Source: Candidatus Eiseniibacteriota bacterium (lineage in GTDB: Bacteria; Eisenbacteria; RBG-16-71-46). From it: 52,409 nt of DNA. Location: assembly GCA_031370785.1 (NCBI GenBank), contig JANMQY010000029.1, forward strand, positions 1-52,409, written 5' to 3'. The translations under genes were made by a program, and so were the position numbers. Position 1 is the first letter of the stretch, and each line of letters starts with the position of its first letter. Shown in pieces: positions 1-9,140 of the stretch. A model generated the notes under the pieces. That model was not told where the DNA came from, made no database searches, and worked only from the letters and a program-made list of their open reading frames with translations.

Positions 1-2218
1 CGCCGACCGGATCCGTTGGGCCCAGGCGCGCGGCGAGGGCTTCCAGTTCAATCCTGGCTGCTTGCGTGGCGCCGGTGCGCGCGAGTGCGCGAGCGTGAAG
101 AAGCTGGAGGGCGGGTTCCGGCGGACCGGGCAAGGTCTGCAGCGCGCACGCGCTAGCATCTCGCACGTCCGCCCAGCGCCCGAGCTGTGCCGCCGCCGCG
201 CAGTAGAGCAGCCAGGCTTCCTCACTCTCCGGGTCGACTGCGATCGTGACGCCCGACAACTGTTGCGCCAGAGCGTACTGCCGCATCAATGAGTGCTCGG
301 TCGCCAGATCGAGGACGAATCGTTCGACGTACTGGCTGAAGACGCTGCCCAGTGTGCGGACGGAATGAGGCGGCGGAGCAAGGCCAAGGTTGCATGCAGG
401 CTTTGGCTCCGCCGTCGGAGGCGTCTGGGAAGCGAGGATCTCCTTCGCGCCATCCGGAACCGCCGCGCTCCACCAGTACGGATCCTGAACGGATTGCGGC
501 TGGAGATCCCTCACGGCCGAGGCAATGTCGTAGACAATGATCTGCGGTCCCTCGCGCTCCGGGCCGGGATTGAACCTAGCCACGATCGTTGCGCTGGAAT
601 CCAGCCACTTGTAGAACGCGCATTCGGTTCCATAGCGCAGCGTGTCCGCTTCGAATCGATTCCGGACCGCCCCGCTCGTCATGAAGTAGTCGATGCCGGC
701 GTAGAGATGAGGCGTGTAGAAGACGCGACTGAGCTCGCTGCTGTGAACGAGGATCGGCACTTCGGTCGTGCCGCCGCCCGCGCGCGGCAATCGCGCGGTG
801 ACGCTACCGGCGACGTTGAGTGGGATCGCGACCGAGTGGAACGCGCGGATCGAGTCGAATCGGTGCCGCGCCGCAGGGCCTGCCAGCCGATACGCATTGT
901 CCGAGTGGAAGCGCTCCTTCTGAAGCACGGTCGGAAGCCGCGCCGAGTAGCCCTCCTGGACGACCAGTGCCGAATCCGGCAGGTGCTTCTCGCACCACTC
1001 CCTCGCCATGAGTTGAGTCCCGCGCTGTCTCTGCATCATCAGGGACGCAGCGCCCCAGAACGGCGTCGCAACGATGAGGAGCAATGCGAGTGCGACCGCC
1101 ATGCGCCCGCGGCCCGCGCCCCAGCGTTGCAGCCCGTACGCCAGCGTCACGCCGATGAGCAGCGCCGCGCAGTAGATGACCGGCACGAGGTAGCGCGCTG
1201 CGTCAATCCGAGCCAATGCGATGGGTGCACCGAATGCGATCAGAGCAAGCCAGACAGAAAGCAGCGGAACGCGGAGCGACGGCGTGACCGCAACAATGTA
1301 GATCGAGAAGGCGACGACGATGAGCGCGAGCCAGCCGAGGTTCGACGCGAGCTGCGAGAGCTGGAAGAACAGGCTGTGATGCTGGAGGCTCCCAAAATGG
1401 CCGACCGCGGCGTGAGCGCTTTCGAAGAGCGTGTCGCGGCGAAAGGTGCGGAAGTCGAGAATCGCGTAAGGCGTGGTCGCGAAAAAGACCATCAGCGCAA
1501 TGGCCGAGGTGCGCAGCCACTCGCCGATCGCAGCGGCGCCACGTGCGGTCCAGAGGACGTAGCCCGCGGGAACCAGGATCGCGACCGCGGGATACTTGGC
1601 GCCGATCGCCAGACCAGCAAGGAGCGCGTACGCGAGAAGATCGCGAGGTCTGTGCTGCTCGTGCCAGGCGAGGAGACGCTCGAGGGCCCAGAGGGCGCAA
1701 GCCGCCATGATGCTGTCGGAGAAAATTGACCTCGATGTCGTGATCAGCAATGGCGAGAGCGCGCAGATCGCGCCCGCGATGTACCCGGCATGCGTAGCCA
1801 CCCGGTTGCCGATTCGAATGACACCGAGGATGGCGAGCAGGTCCGCCACGATCGACAGCACGCGTGAAGCGATGACCATCGGTGAGGGGTCGATGGAGAA
1901 CAGCAGCTGGTAGTCGGCGTAGGAAGGATAGGCGCCGACGAAGTGCCCGATCCCATAAACGATCTGCTGCACGAGAAAATGCGAATAGATGCTCAGCGAC
2001 GGATAGTTGAAGCTGTGAGGATTCCAGTCGAGGTGTCCGGTCGCGACGTCCCGGATTGCGAGTGCGAGCCGTAGCGGAATCGCCTCCTCCAAAAAATCCG
2101 GAAGGCCGTAGCCGATGCGAGACAGGCGGAGTGCCGCGGCGATCAGCAACAGCAGCGCGACGGGAAGGATGTGCTGCGAGGCTCGCGGCTTGTCGTCCTG
2201 ACTGGTTTCCGCGCCCAT
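1..2218 (-). CDS. GT-C (ArnT/PMT, GT39/83-like) membrane glycosyltransferase with C-terminal TPR-like tail; runs off the window
   Basis: Absent from the ORF track (no stop in window). Read by hand from ATG at 2218: MGAETSQDDKPRASQHILPVALLLLIAAALRLSRIGYGLPDFLEE...WNPHSFNYPSL...GLAIGAKYP...FFATTPY...RYLVP; many TM segments; helical EEAWLLYCAAAAQLGRW tail. Confidence 0.8.
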   Translation of the reverse strand, partial: MGAETSQDDKPRASQHILPVALLLLIAAALRLSRIGYGLPDFLEEAIPLRLALAIRDVATGHLDWNPHSFNYPSLSIYSHFLVQQIVYGIGHFVGAYPSYADYQLLFSIDPSPMVIASRVLSIVADLLAILGVIRIGNRVATHAGYIAGAICALSPLLITTSRSIFSDSIMAACALWALERLLAWHEQHRPRDLLAYALLAGLAIGAKYPAVAILVPAGYVLWTARGAAAIGEWLRTSAIALMVFFATTPYAILDFRTFRRDTLFESAHAAVGHFGSLQHHSLFFQLSQLASNLGWLALIVVAFSIYIVAVTPSLRVPLLSVWLALIAFGAPIALARIDAARYLVPVIYCAALLIGVTLAYGLQRWGAGRGRMAVALALLLIVATPFWGAASLMMQRQRGTQLMAREWCEKHLPDSALVVQEGYSARLPTVLQKERFHSDNAYRLAGPAARHRFDSIRAFHSVAIPLNVAGSVTARLPRAGGGTTEVPILVHSSELSRVFYTPHLYAGIDYFMTSGAVRNRFEADTLRYGTECAFYKWLDSSATIVARFNPGPEREGPQIIVYDIASAVRDLQPQSVQDPYWWSAAVPDGAKEILASQTPPTAEPKPACNLGLAPPPHSVRTLGSVFSQYVERFVLDLATEHSLMRQYALAQQLSGVTIAVDPESEEAWLLYCAAAAQLGRWADVRDASACALQTLPGPPEPALQLLHARALARTGATQAARIELEALAARLGPTDPVG

Positions 2219-2233
2219 GGGAGTCCTCAACGC

Positions 2234-4039
2234 CTACTTCAGCCCCAGCTCCTTGAGCGTCTGTGCTTCGACTTCGCTCGGAGATCCGTCCATCAGGCTC
2301 GCGGCGCTCGCGGTCTTGGGGAACGCGATGGTGTCGCGGATCGAGTCGCGGCCGCTCATCAGCATTACGATCCGGTCGAGGCCCATGCCGATCCCGCCGT
2401 GCGGCGGGGACGCGTAGCGGTAGGCGTCGATCAGGAACCCGAACTTCTCGTGGGCCTCCTCTGGAGTGAATCCCACCATCTTCAGCACGCGCTCCTGGAT
2501 GTCGGGGCGATGGATGCGGATCGAACCCGAGCCCAGCTCGTTGCCATTGAGCACGACATCGTAGAGCTGCGCGTACACCTTGCCGGGGTCGCTCTCCAGA
2601 ATGCCGATGTGCTCGGGGTTCGGCATCGTGAACAGATGGTGCCGCGCGTCCCACCCCTTGCGATCGGGGTTCCACTCGAACAACGGAAACTCGCGTACCC
2701 ACAGGAACTGCCACTCGTTCTCGCAGCCCTTGAGCAGCGGCTGGCCGAGCTGCGAGCGCAGGACGCCGAGCGCCTTGAGCGTCTTCTCCCAAGGGCCGGA
2801 GGTGAACAGCACGGCGTCTCCGGTCTTGGCGCCGGCCGCGGCCAGGAACTCATCGAGAAGGGCGTCCGGGAAGATCACCTTCTGCTTCTCGCGCTCGGCG
2901 TCGAGCACCTTGAAGAAGCTGAGGCCACCGCCGCCGGCTTCCTTCACGATGTCTTCGAATTTCCTGAGCTGCGTGCCCGAAATCTCGGCACCGCCGGGAA
3001 TGGTGAGCGCGACTCCCACTCCGCCCTCGGCCTTCGCGCCGTTCGCGACCACGTTGCGCGGGGACTTCGCATGGATCGCGGTCACGTCGCGGAACGCGAG
3101 GCCGAATCGCAGGTCGGGCTTGTCCGAGCCGAACCGGCTCATCGCCTCGCGGAAGGTGAGCCGCAGGAACGGAGTCTTGATCTCGATGCCGAGGCATTCC
3201 TTCCACAGCGCGGCGTAGACGCCTTCGACCACCTTGAACACATCCTCTTCGCTGACGAAGCTCATCTCGAGATCGATCTGGGTGTGCTCGGGCTGGCGGT
3301 CGGCGCGCAGATCTTCGTCGCGCAGGCAGCGCGCGAGCTGGAAGTAGCGGTCCACGCCCGCGATCATCAGCGTCTGCTTGTAGAGCTGCGGGCTCTGCGG
3401 CAGCGCGTAGAACTTGCCGGGATGCATGCGGCTCGGCACCACGTAGTCGCGCGCGCCCTCGGGCGTCGGCTTGACCAGCATGGGCGTTTCGATCTCGAGA
3501 AAGCTCTGGCTCGACAGATACGCGCGCGCCACCTGCATGACCCGATGGCGCAGCGCCATCACCTGCGAGAGCTCGGGACGGCGCAGGTCGAGGTAGCGGT
3601 ACTTGAGGCGAAGGTCCTCGCTCGCGAGGTTGCTCTCGTCGTTCACCTGGAACGGCAGCGGATCGGCGGCAGAAAGAATCTTCAGCTCGCGCACATCCAG
3701 CTCGACCTCGCCGGTCGGGAGGTCGGGATTGAGCGACTCGGGCGGGCGAGGGTTGACCTGACCCCTGACCGCGATCACCCATTCGTTGCCGATCGCGGCG
3801 GCACGCTCGAGCAACTCGGCGCCTCCGGTCTCGGGGTGGAACACGATCTGGGTGAGGCCGTAGCGATCGCGCAGGTCGACGAACAGCACGCCGCCGTGGT
3901 CGCGCATGCGGTGCAGCCAGCCCATCAGGATGGCACTCTGGCCGGCGTCGGGCGCGCGCAGCTCGCCGCAAGTGTGGGTGCGCCGCCAATCGCCGAGGCC
4001 TTCGAGCTTCACCCCGGTCGCCTCCATCCGTTCACTCAT
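2234..4039 (-). CDS. aspS: Aspartate--tRNA ligase (probably non-discriminating Asp/Asn type)
   Basis: RTHTCGELR, RDHGGVLFVDLRDRYG, LRLKYRYLDLRR, TPEGARDY, YALPQSPQLYKQ, RDEDLRADRQPE, PPHGGIGMGLDR, IAFPKT motifs. Confidence 0.98.
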   Translation of the reverse strand: MSERMEATGVKLEGLGDWRRTHTCGELRAPDAGQSAILMGWLHRMRDHGGVLFVDLRDRYGLTQIVFHPETGGAELLERAAAIGNEWVIAVRGQVNPRPPESLNPDLPTGEVELDVRELKILSAADPLPFQVNDESNLASEDLRLKYRYLDLRRPELSQVMALRHRVMQVARAYLSSQSFLEIETPMLVKPTPEGARDYVVPSRMHPGKFYALPQSPQLYKQTLMIAGVDRYFQLARCLRDEDLRADRQPEHTQIDLEMSFVSEEDVFKVVEGVYAALWKECLGIEIKTPFLRLTFREAMSRFGSDKPDLRFGLAFRDVTAIHAKSPRNVVANGAKAEGGVGVALTIPGGAEISGTQLRKFEDIVKEAGGGGLSFFKVLDAEREKQKVIFPDALLDEFLAAAGAKTGDAVLFTSGPWEKTLKALGVLRSQLGQPLLKGCENEWQFLWVREFPLFEWNPDRKGWDARHHLFTMPNPEHIGILESDPGKVYAQLYDVVLNGNELGSGSIRIHRPDIQERVLKMVGFTPEEAHEKFGFLIDAYRYASPPHGGIGMGLDRIVMLMSGRDSIRDTIAFPKTASAASLMDGSPSEVEAQTLKELGLK

Positions 4040-4066
4040 GCGCGCGGCCTCGGCTCTCGCCTGTCC

Positions 4067-4300
4067 TCACTGGGTGATCGTGATCTCGTCGCCGTCGACG
4101 TAGTCGCAGATCGCACACTCTTCGCCGTCGAGGAACACTTTGACCTCGCCGTCTTCGTAGCCTTCGAACTCGACGCGGCCCTCCTCGTCGGTGCGCTCGG
4201 GATCGGTCTGTCCCCGAGTGGCTTCGGTGAAGCTCAGGACGACGCGGACGCCTTCGATGGCTTCATCCTCGTCATCGACCACCCGCACGATGAACGGCAT
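4067..4300 (-). CDS. Small acidic hypothetical protein (77 aa; resembles a transthyretin/carboxypeptidase-regulatory-like beta-sandwich)
   Basis: AGGAGG RBS upstream of ATG; fills the hisS-aspS gap; pattern VRVVD..AIEGVRV...RTDEEGRVEF. Confidence 0.7.
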   Translation of the reverse strand: MPFIVRVVDDEDEAIEGVRVVLSFTEATRGQTDPERTDEEGRVEFEGYEDGEVKVFLDGEECAICDYVDGDEITITQ

Positions 4301-4312
4301 GACACGCTCCTC

Positions 4313-5620
4313 CTATCGAACCCGGACGCCCGCTTCAGTGACCGGCAGGCGACTCCGAAGATGCTCGGCCAGCGCTCCTCGCGTGGCGATGGACTGCTGA
4401 CCGCTGGCGAGATCCTTGATCACGATCTCGCCGCGCTTCCATTCCTCTTCGCCGAGCAGCACGACCAGCGCGGCGCCACTCTTGTCCGCAGCCTTCATCT
4501 GGGCGCCCATGCCGCGCGCCTCGAGATCGCAGTCCACCCGGAATTCCCGGCGCAGCTCGCGCACCAGCGCGAGGGCTTCACGCCTGGTGCCGTCCATCGC
4601 GGCCACGTACACCGTGCCGCGCGCCGCTTCCGGCGCGGCGCCGCTCTCTTCCAGAAGCAGCAGCACGCGATCCAGCCCGATCGAAAATCCGACCCCCGGG
4701 GTCGCCGCGCCACCCAGCGCCTCGATCAGGCCGTCGTAGCGACCGCCACCGCCGAGCGTGCTCTGCGCACCGAGCGACTTGTCGTTCACCTCGAATGCCG
4801 TGCGCGTGTAGTAGTCGAGCCCGCGCACCAGCCCGTGGTCGATCTCGTGCGCGATCCCCAGCGCTTCGAGCCCGGCCAGCACCTGATCCCAGTGCGCGCG
4901 CGATTCGGCATCGAGCACATCGAGCATGCGCGGCATCGGCGAGCCGCCCTCTTTGAGCTTTTCGAGCAGCTTCAGGTCGCCCTCGTCCTTCGTGTCGAGC
5001 ACCCGCAGCGGATTCCGCACGAAGCGCGCCTGCGAATCCCCGCTCAGGTCCTCGAGCACCGGGGTCAGCCAGGCACGCAGCCGCTCGCCGTAGGCCAGTC
5101 GCGACTCGGGCGTGCCCACACTGTTGACCGCGACGTTCAGTCCGGTGAAGCCCCACGCTTCGAAGATGTCCACGAACAGCGCGATGATCTCGACGTCCGC
5201 GCCCGGCGCAACGGTGCCGATCACCTCGGCGCCGATCTGGTGGAACTGGCGGAAGCGTCCCTTCTGCGGCCGTCCGTACCGGAACATCGGTCCCGCGTAC
5301 CACAGGCGATGGATGCGTCCGCTGCCACTGAGCCCGTGCTCGAGATAGGCGCGCGCCACGCTCGCGGTGCCCTCCGGGCGCAGCGCGAGGTCGCGACCCT
5401 TCAGATCCTGGAAGCGGTACATCTCCTTCTGCACGACATCGCTCGACTCACCCGAAGTGCGCGCGAACAGCTCGTACTCCTCGAAGATCGGAGTGCGGAT
5501 CTCGCCGTAGCCGTAGCGCTCGCACACTTCACGCGAGCGCTGCTCGGCCCACTGCCAGCGCCCGGTCTCCGCCGGAAGCAGGTCGCGCGTGCCACGCGGC
5601 GCCTGGTGCTTGAGCGACAT
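4313..5620 (-). CDS. hisS: Histidine--tRNA ligase
   Basis: Start moved to MSLKHQAPRGTRD (GGAGG RBS); TPIFEEYELF, LRPEGTASVAR, RPQKGRFRQFHQIGAE, LVRGLDYYT, GGGRYDGL motifs. Confidence 0.98.
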   Translation of the reverse strand: MSLKHQAPRGTRDLLPAETGRWQWAEQRSREVCERYGYGEIRTPIFEEYELFARTSGESSDVVQKEMYRFQDLKGRDLALRPEGTASVARAYLEHGLSGSGRIHRLWYAGPMFRYGRPQKGRFRQFHQIGAEVIGTVAPGADVEIIALFVDIFEAWGFTGLNVAVNSVGTPESRLAYGERLRAWLTPVLEDLSGDSQARFVRNPLRVLDTKDEGDLKLLEKLKEGGSPMPRMLDVLDAESRAHWDQVLAGLEALGIAHEIDHGLVRGLDYYTRTAFEVNDKSLGAQSTLGGGGRYDGLIEALGGAATPGVGFSIGLDRVLLLLEESGAAPEAARGTVYVAAMDGTRREALALVRELRREFRVDCDLEARGMGAQMKAADKSGAALVVLLGEEEWKRGEIVIKDLASGQQSIATRGALAEHLRSRLPVTEAGVRVR

Positions 5621-5637
5621 GGGCCCTTTTCCTCCGC

Positions 5638-6030
5638 TCAGTCCCGCGCGATCAGCAGGGTGGCCAGCTGGGCGATCATGATGCCCGCCGCGTCGGCCAT
5701 GAAGTCGAACGCGCTCGATCGGCGCCCTCCAATGAAGCTCTGGAAGTACTCGTCCCCCGCCGCCACGCAGCAGCCGAGCACGACGGCGAGCACAGTCGCG
5801 GTCATCAACCGCCGCACCGGAAACGTTCCGCGCATCGCGCGCGACAGAAGCAGGCCCAGCCCGCCGTATTCGGCGAGGTGGTAGATCTTGTCCGACTGCT
5901 GCCACTGGATCGGAGGTTTGAGGTTGGGCTGGGCGCTGATCACGAAGATCACGGTCAGGTAGAGCAGCACGGGCAGCCAGTAGAGCAGGAACTTCTGAAA
6001 AAAACTCTTCTCCGGCGCAGGTCGCGCCAC
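5638..6030 (-). CDS. VanZ family membrane protein
   Basis: GTG start after GAGGAGG; WLPVLLY..VIF..S, DKIYHLAEYGGLG, DEYFQSFIGGR..S..DFMAD motifs. Confidence 0.88.
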   Translation of the reverse strand: MARPAPEKSFFQKFLLYWLPVLLYLTVIFVISAQPNLKPPIQWQQSDKIYHLAEYGGLGLLLSRAMRGTFPVRRLMTATVLAVVLGCCVAAGDEYFQSFIGGRRSSAFDFMADAAGIMIAQLATLLIARD

Positions 6031-6155
6031 GCCAGCCTCCTCGCTCGCCTCCCGCGCGGCACACGGAGGGCATCGACCCATGCTCGAAAAGAGCGAGCAG
6101 GATAGCACGCGCCGCGCGCGCACGTCAGGAGACGCATGTGGGAGGGATTTGCGGC

Positions 6156-6184
6156 TTGACGCTACGCGCTCCCGACCGTAGATT
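6156..6184 (+). promoter_or_regulatory. Sigma70-type promoter of tRNA-Lys
   Basis: TTGACG-17 nt-TAGATT, 55 nt upstream of the tRNA. Confidence 0.65.
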
Positions 6185-6239
6185 ACGCGGGCTTTTTTGC
6201 GCGACTTCATCGCCCTCAGTGAGGGTGATCGCTGCGTCT

Positions 6240-6315
<76 letters not shown>

Positions 6316-6334
6316 ACTCCTGCATGCATCGCAC

Positions 6335-6375
6335 CCGGCCCGCGCCGCCTGATCCAGGCGCGGGCCGGCTCTTTG
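6335..6375 (+). terminator. Hairpin/intrinsic terminator after tRNA-Lys
   Basis: 12-bp stem CCGGCCCGCGCC/GGCGCGGGCCGG, 10-nt loop, then CTCTTTG. Confidence 0.7.
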
Positions 6376-6457
6376 AAGTAGGCGCCGAGGCGCTCGATTC
6401 CCCCCGAAAGAGACTACACACCGCGATTTCGAAAAGTCTTGGCGCCTCGCGCCAGCT

Positions 6458-8518
6458 TCAGGTGCCGCGGACGACGACCAGCGTCACATCGTCGGCGCGC
6501 ATTCCTTCGCCGGCCACGGCCCGCACATCGGCGAGGATGTGATCCACGAATGCCGCCGCCGTCGAGTTCGATCGGACCTGCTGGAGCGCGCGTTCCTGCA
6601 GCCGCTCTTCGCCGTAGAACTGCTTCCCGATCGGGGCCTCGGGAATCCCGTCCGAGTAGATCACCAGGACGTCGCCGGCACCGAACGGCTCCTCCCCGCA
6701 CGTGTAGAGCCCGTCCTCGATGATGGCGAGGGGGATCCCGGTCGCGAGAAGCAGATGCAGCGCCCCGCCGCGAAAGAGAAGCGGGGGGTTGTGGCCGGCG
6801 TTGCAGTAGAGCAGTCGTTTCTCGCGCACCGAGATCACGCCCAGGAAGAAGGTCGCGAACTTGCCCAGCGCCGTGGCGCGCGTGAGCGAGCGGTTCATGG
6901 TCGTCACGATGTCTTCGGGGGAGCGGCCGGCCTCTGCCGTGGCGTGGAAGGAGGCGCGCAGGTGCGCCATGAGCAGGGCCGCGGGAATGCCGTGTCCGCT
7001 GATGTCGCCCACCACCACCGCGAGCTTGTCGTCATCCAGCGCGATCCAGTCGAAGTAGTCTCCGCCAATCTCGTCGGCGGGCAGGTTGCGACCGAACACG
7101 TCGAGCCCCGCCAGCGCGGGCGGGGTCGAGGGCAGCAGATTCTGCTGGATCGAGCGCGCCACGTCGAGCTCATTGGCGCGCATGCGCGAGCGTTGCTCGG
7201 CGCCGCGCCGCCACTCGTTCTCGACCGCGGCCAGGGTGAGGGGCGCCACCAGCAGCGCCCCCAGCGGCGGCAGGTCGATGTCTTTGAAAACGAACAGCCC
7301 GTAGTCGAGCGCGGCCACCGCCACCAGCGCGGCGAGCGCGACGAGCGCGGCGCGGGCCAGCGACATCTGCGAAAAGGCCAGGCCCAGTCCCAGGCCGAGC
7401 GCAATCAGCGACAGCATGATCCACGGCGCGGGCACGTGTGCGAGGAATCTCCCGCGCAGCGCGGCATTCACCGCGTTGGCGTGGATGTACACCAGCGGCG
7501 CCGCGCCTGAGAACGGCGTCGCCCCGATGTCGGTCGCGTGCTCCTCCACGGCCGTCGCGCCGATCAGCACCAGCTTGCCGCGAAAGGCATGCGCCAGCGC
7601 CAGGGTGTCGTCGTTGCGATACCACTGCAGCACCTGCAGCAGCGAATAGCGGTGCGCGAACGCGTCCCGATCGCCCGCGAATGCGATGGAGGTCGCTCCC
7701 TCGTCGTCGGACGGCACCAGCATCTGGCGGCCATGCCAGAAGATGTGGATCCCATTGGGAGAGAGCTCGAACTGCGGCAGAGTCGTGTCGCTGCGCGCTG
7801 CCGTCTCGACCAGCCGCAGCACGAGCGACGGATACGCCCATTCGCCGAAGCGCACGAACTGCGGAATGCGGCGAATGACCCCGTCCGCGTCGATCAGCAC
7901 CGCCGTGTGTCCCAGCCCGCGCGCGCTGGCCAGCAGGGCGTCGTAGGGAAGCGAGACGCTCTGGGCGATCGCGAGACGCTGTTGCGAGACGGGCCGACCG
8001 TGGCGGATCAGCGCACTGGAATCGACCGGGATCGCGAGCGCCCCGCCGAGCGAGGCGTCGTTGGGTTGGAAACCGATCGAATGGACGAGGTTCGGATGCG
8101 CGGCCGTAACCGCGGCGAGCATCTCGTCCCCGGCCGGATCCTCGGAGTTCTCGCCCAGGAACAACAGGTCGACGCCGATAGCCTGCGCGCCAGCGCTCGC
8201 CAGCGCGTCGATGGCCATGGCGTAGTTCTCGCGCGGCAGCGGCCAGACATCCCGGAACACGCGCAGCGTGCGATCGTCGATCTCGACCAGCGCGATGCGG
8301 TCGGAAGCTGCGATCGGGCCCCGGAGCCGATACCGCCAGTCATGCAGACGCAGGTCCAGCGGCCGGAGCCCGCCGAACAGCCAGATCAGCGCCACGAGCA
8401 CGCCACACGACGTGCCGATGAGGGCGCCAAGCCGGGCCGGCACCCGCTGGATGGGGGTCTGCCCGCTCACGAAGGAAGATCGAGGCTCAGCGCTTCCAGT
8501 AGAGAAGCTGAGGCGCAT
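6458..8518 (-). CDS. CHASE2 sensor + SpoIIE/RsbU-type PP2C Ser/Thr phosphatase
   Basis: N-terminal TM; CHASE2 motifs (IALVEIDDRTL..WPLPR, DADGVIRR, GKLVLIG, IHANAV); 3 TM; ELDVARSIQQNLLP, GGDYFD, GDISGHG, NAGHNPP, YSDGI, DDVT. Start could be GTG at 8470. Confidence 0.93.
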   Translation of the reverse strand: MRLSFSTGSAEPRSSFVSGQTPIQRVPARLGALIGTSCGVLVALIWLFGGLRPLDLRLHDWRYRLRGPIAASDRIALVEIDDRTLRVFRDVWPLPRENYAMAIDALASAGAQAIGVDLLFLGENSEDPAGDEMLAAVTAAHPNLVHSIGFQPNDASLGGALAIPVDSSALIRHGRPVSQQRLAIAQSVSLPYDALLASARGLGHTAVLIDADGVIRRIPQFVRFGEWAYPSLVLRLVETAARSDTTLPQFELSPNGIHIFWHGRQMLVPSDDEGATSIAFAGDRDAFAHRYSLLQVLQWYRNDDTLALAHAFRGKLVLIGATAVEEHATDIGATPFSGAAPLVYIHANAVNAALRGRFLAHVPAPWIMLSLIALGLGLGLAFSQMSLARAALVALAALVAVAALDYGLFVFKDIDLPPLGALLVAPLTLAAVENEWRRGAEQRSRMRANELDVARSIQQNLLPSTPPALAGLDVFGRNLPADEIGGDYFDWIALDDDKLAVVVGDISGHGIPAALLMAHLRASFHATAEAGRSPEDIVTTMNRSLTRATALGKFATFFLGVISVREKRLLYCNAGHNPPLLFRGGALHLLLATGIPLAIIEDGLYTCGEEPFGAGDVLVIYSDGIPEAPIGKQFYGEERLQERALQQVRSNSTAAAFVDHILADVRAVAGEGMRADDVTLVVVRGT

Positions 8519-9128
8519 CCCCGCCGTCGGAGCCGCGCGCGCCCGCCGAGCGCCAGGCCGTGCGAGAGCCCGCCGCCGGCCGCACAGTCTTGGAGTCCGG
8601 TTGACGACCGGAGTCCTTCGGGACCGAATTCGCAGCGGTCTTCAACATCGCGCGCAGCTGTTCCGGGTCGATCGAAGTTTTACGTGCGGCGCGCTCGGTC
8701 GGCTGCTTCTCGGGCGGCAGGCCCAGGAGCGCCTCCGCCTGTTCGGTGCCGCCCGCCAGCTTCACGCCCCGGGCAAAAGCCTCCGCCGAACGCTCCTTGT
8801 CGCCGATCACCATCAGGGCGGTGGCGCGATTGAGATGGATGCCCGCGTCGAGCGAGTCGCCGCGCAGCGCGCGCTCGTAGAATGCGAGCGCCACCCCGGT
8901 CTCTCCGCGAAGCAGACGCAGGTTGCCCAGGTTGTTGAGGGCGCGCGCATCTCCGCGCGTGTGAGAGAGCATCGTGACGAAGATAGACTCGGCACGAGCC
9001 TCCTCTCCACTGATCGCGAGCGTCACGCCGAACTCGCCGCGCGAGTCAGTCGAAGCTCCGACCGCGAACCGCGGCGCCACAGACACCAGAAGCACAACCG
9101 CAGCCCACGCCAACCCAGCCCGTCTCAC
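8487..9128 (-). CDS. Exported TPR protein ending in LLYWKR
   Basis: GAGGAG RBS; Sec signal peptide (MRRAGLAWAAVVLLVSVAPRFAVGA); TPR motifs ALNNLGNL, ALAFYERAL, IHLNRATAL. Confidence 0.85.
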   Translation of the reverse strand: MRRAGLAWAAVVLLVSVAPRFAVGASTDSRGEFGVTLAISGEEARAESIFVTMLSHTRGDARALNNLGNLRLLRGETGVALAFYERALRGDSLDAGIHLNRATALMVIGDKERSAEAFARGVKLAGGTEQAEALLGLPPEKQPTERAARKTSIDPEQLRAMLKTAANSVPKDSGRQPDSKTVRPAAGSRTAWRSAGARGSDGGDAPQLLYWKR

Positions 9129-9140
9129 ACGCGGCTCCTC

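Noticed and set aside
1203..2792. 529-aa minus-strand ORF
   Set aside because: Off-frame overlap of aspS and the glycosyltransferase; Arg/Pro-rich with no motifs. The real gene starts at 2218 in another frame.
2171..5884. 1237-aa plus-strand ORF and other long antisense ORFs (293-1729, 12311-14860, 18023-19714, 31623-33590)
   Set aside because: Shadow frames opposite well-supported genes, expected in high-GC DNA; no recognisable motifs.
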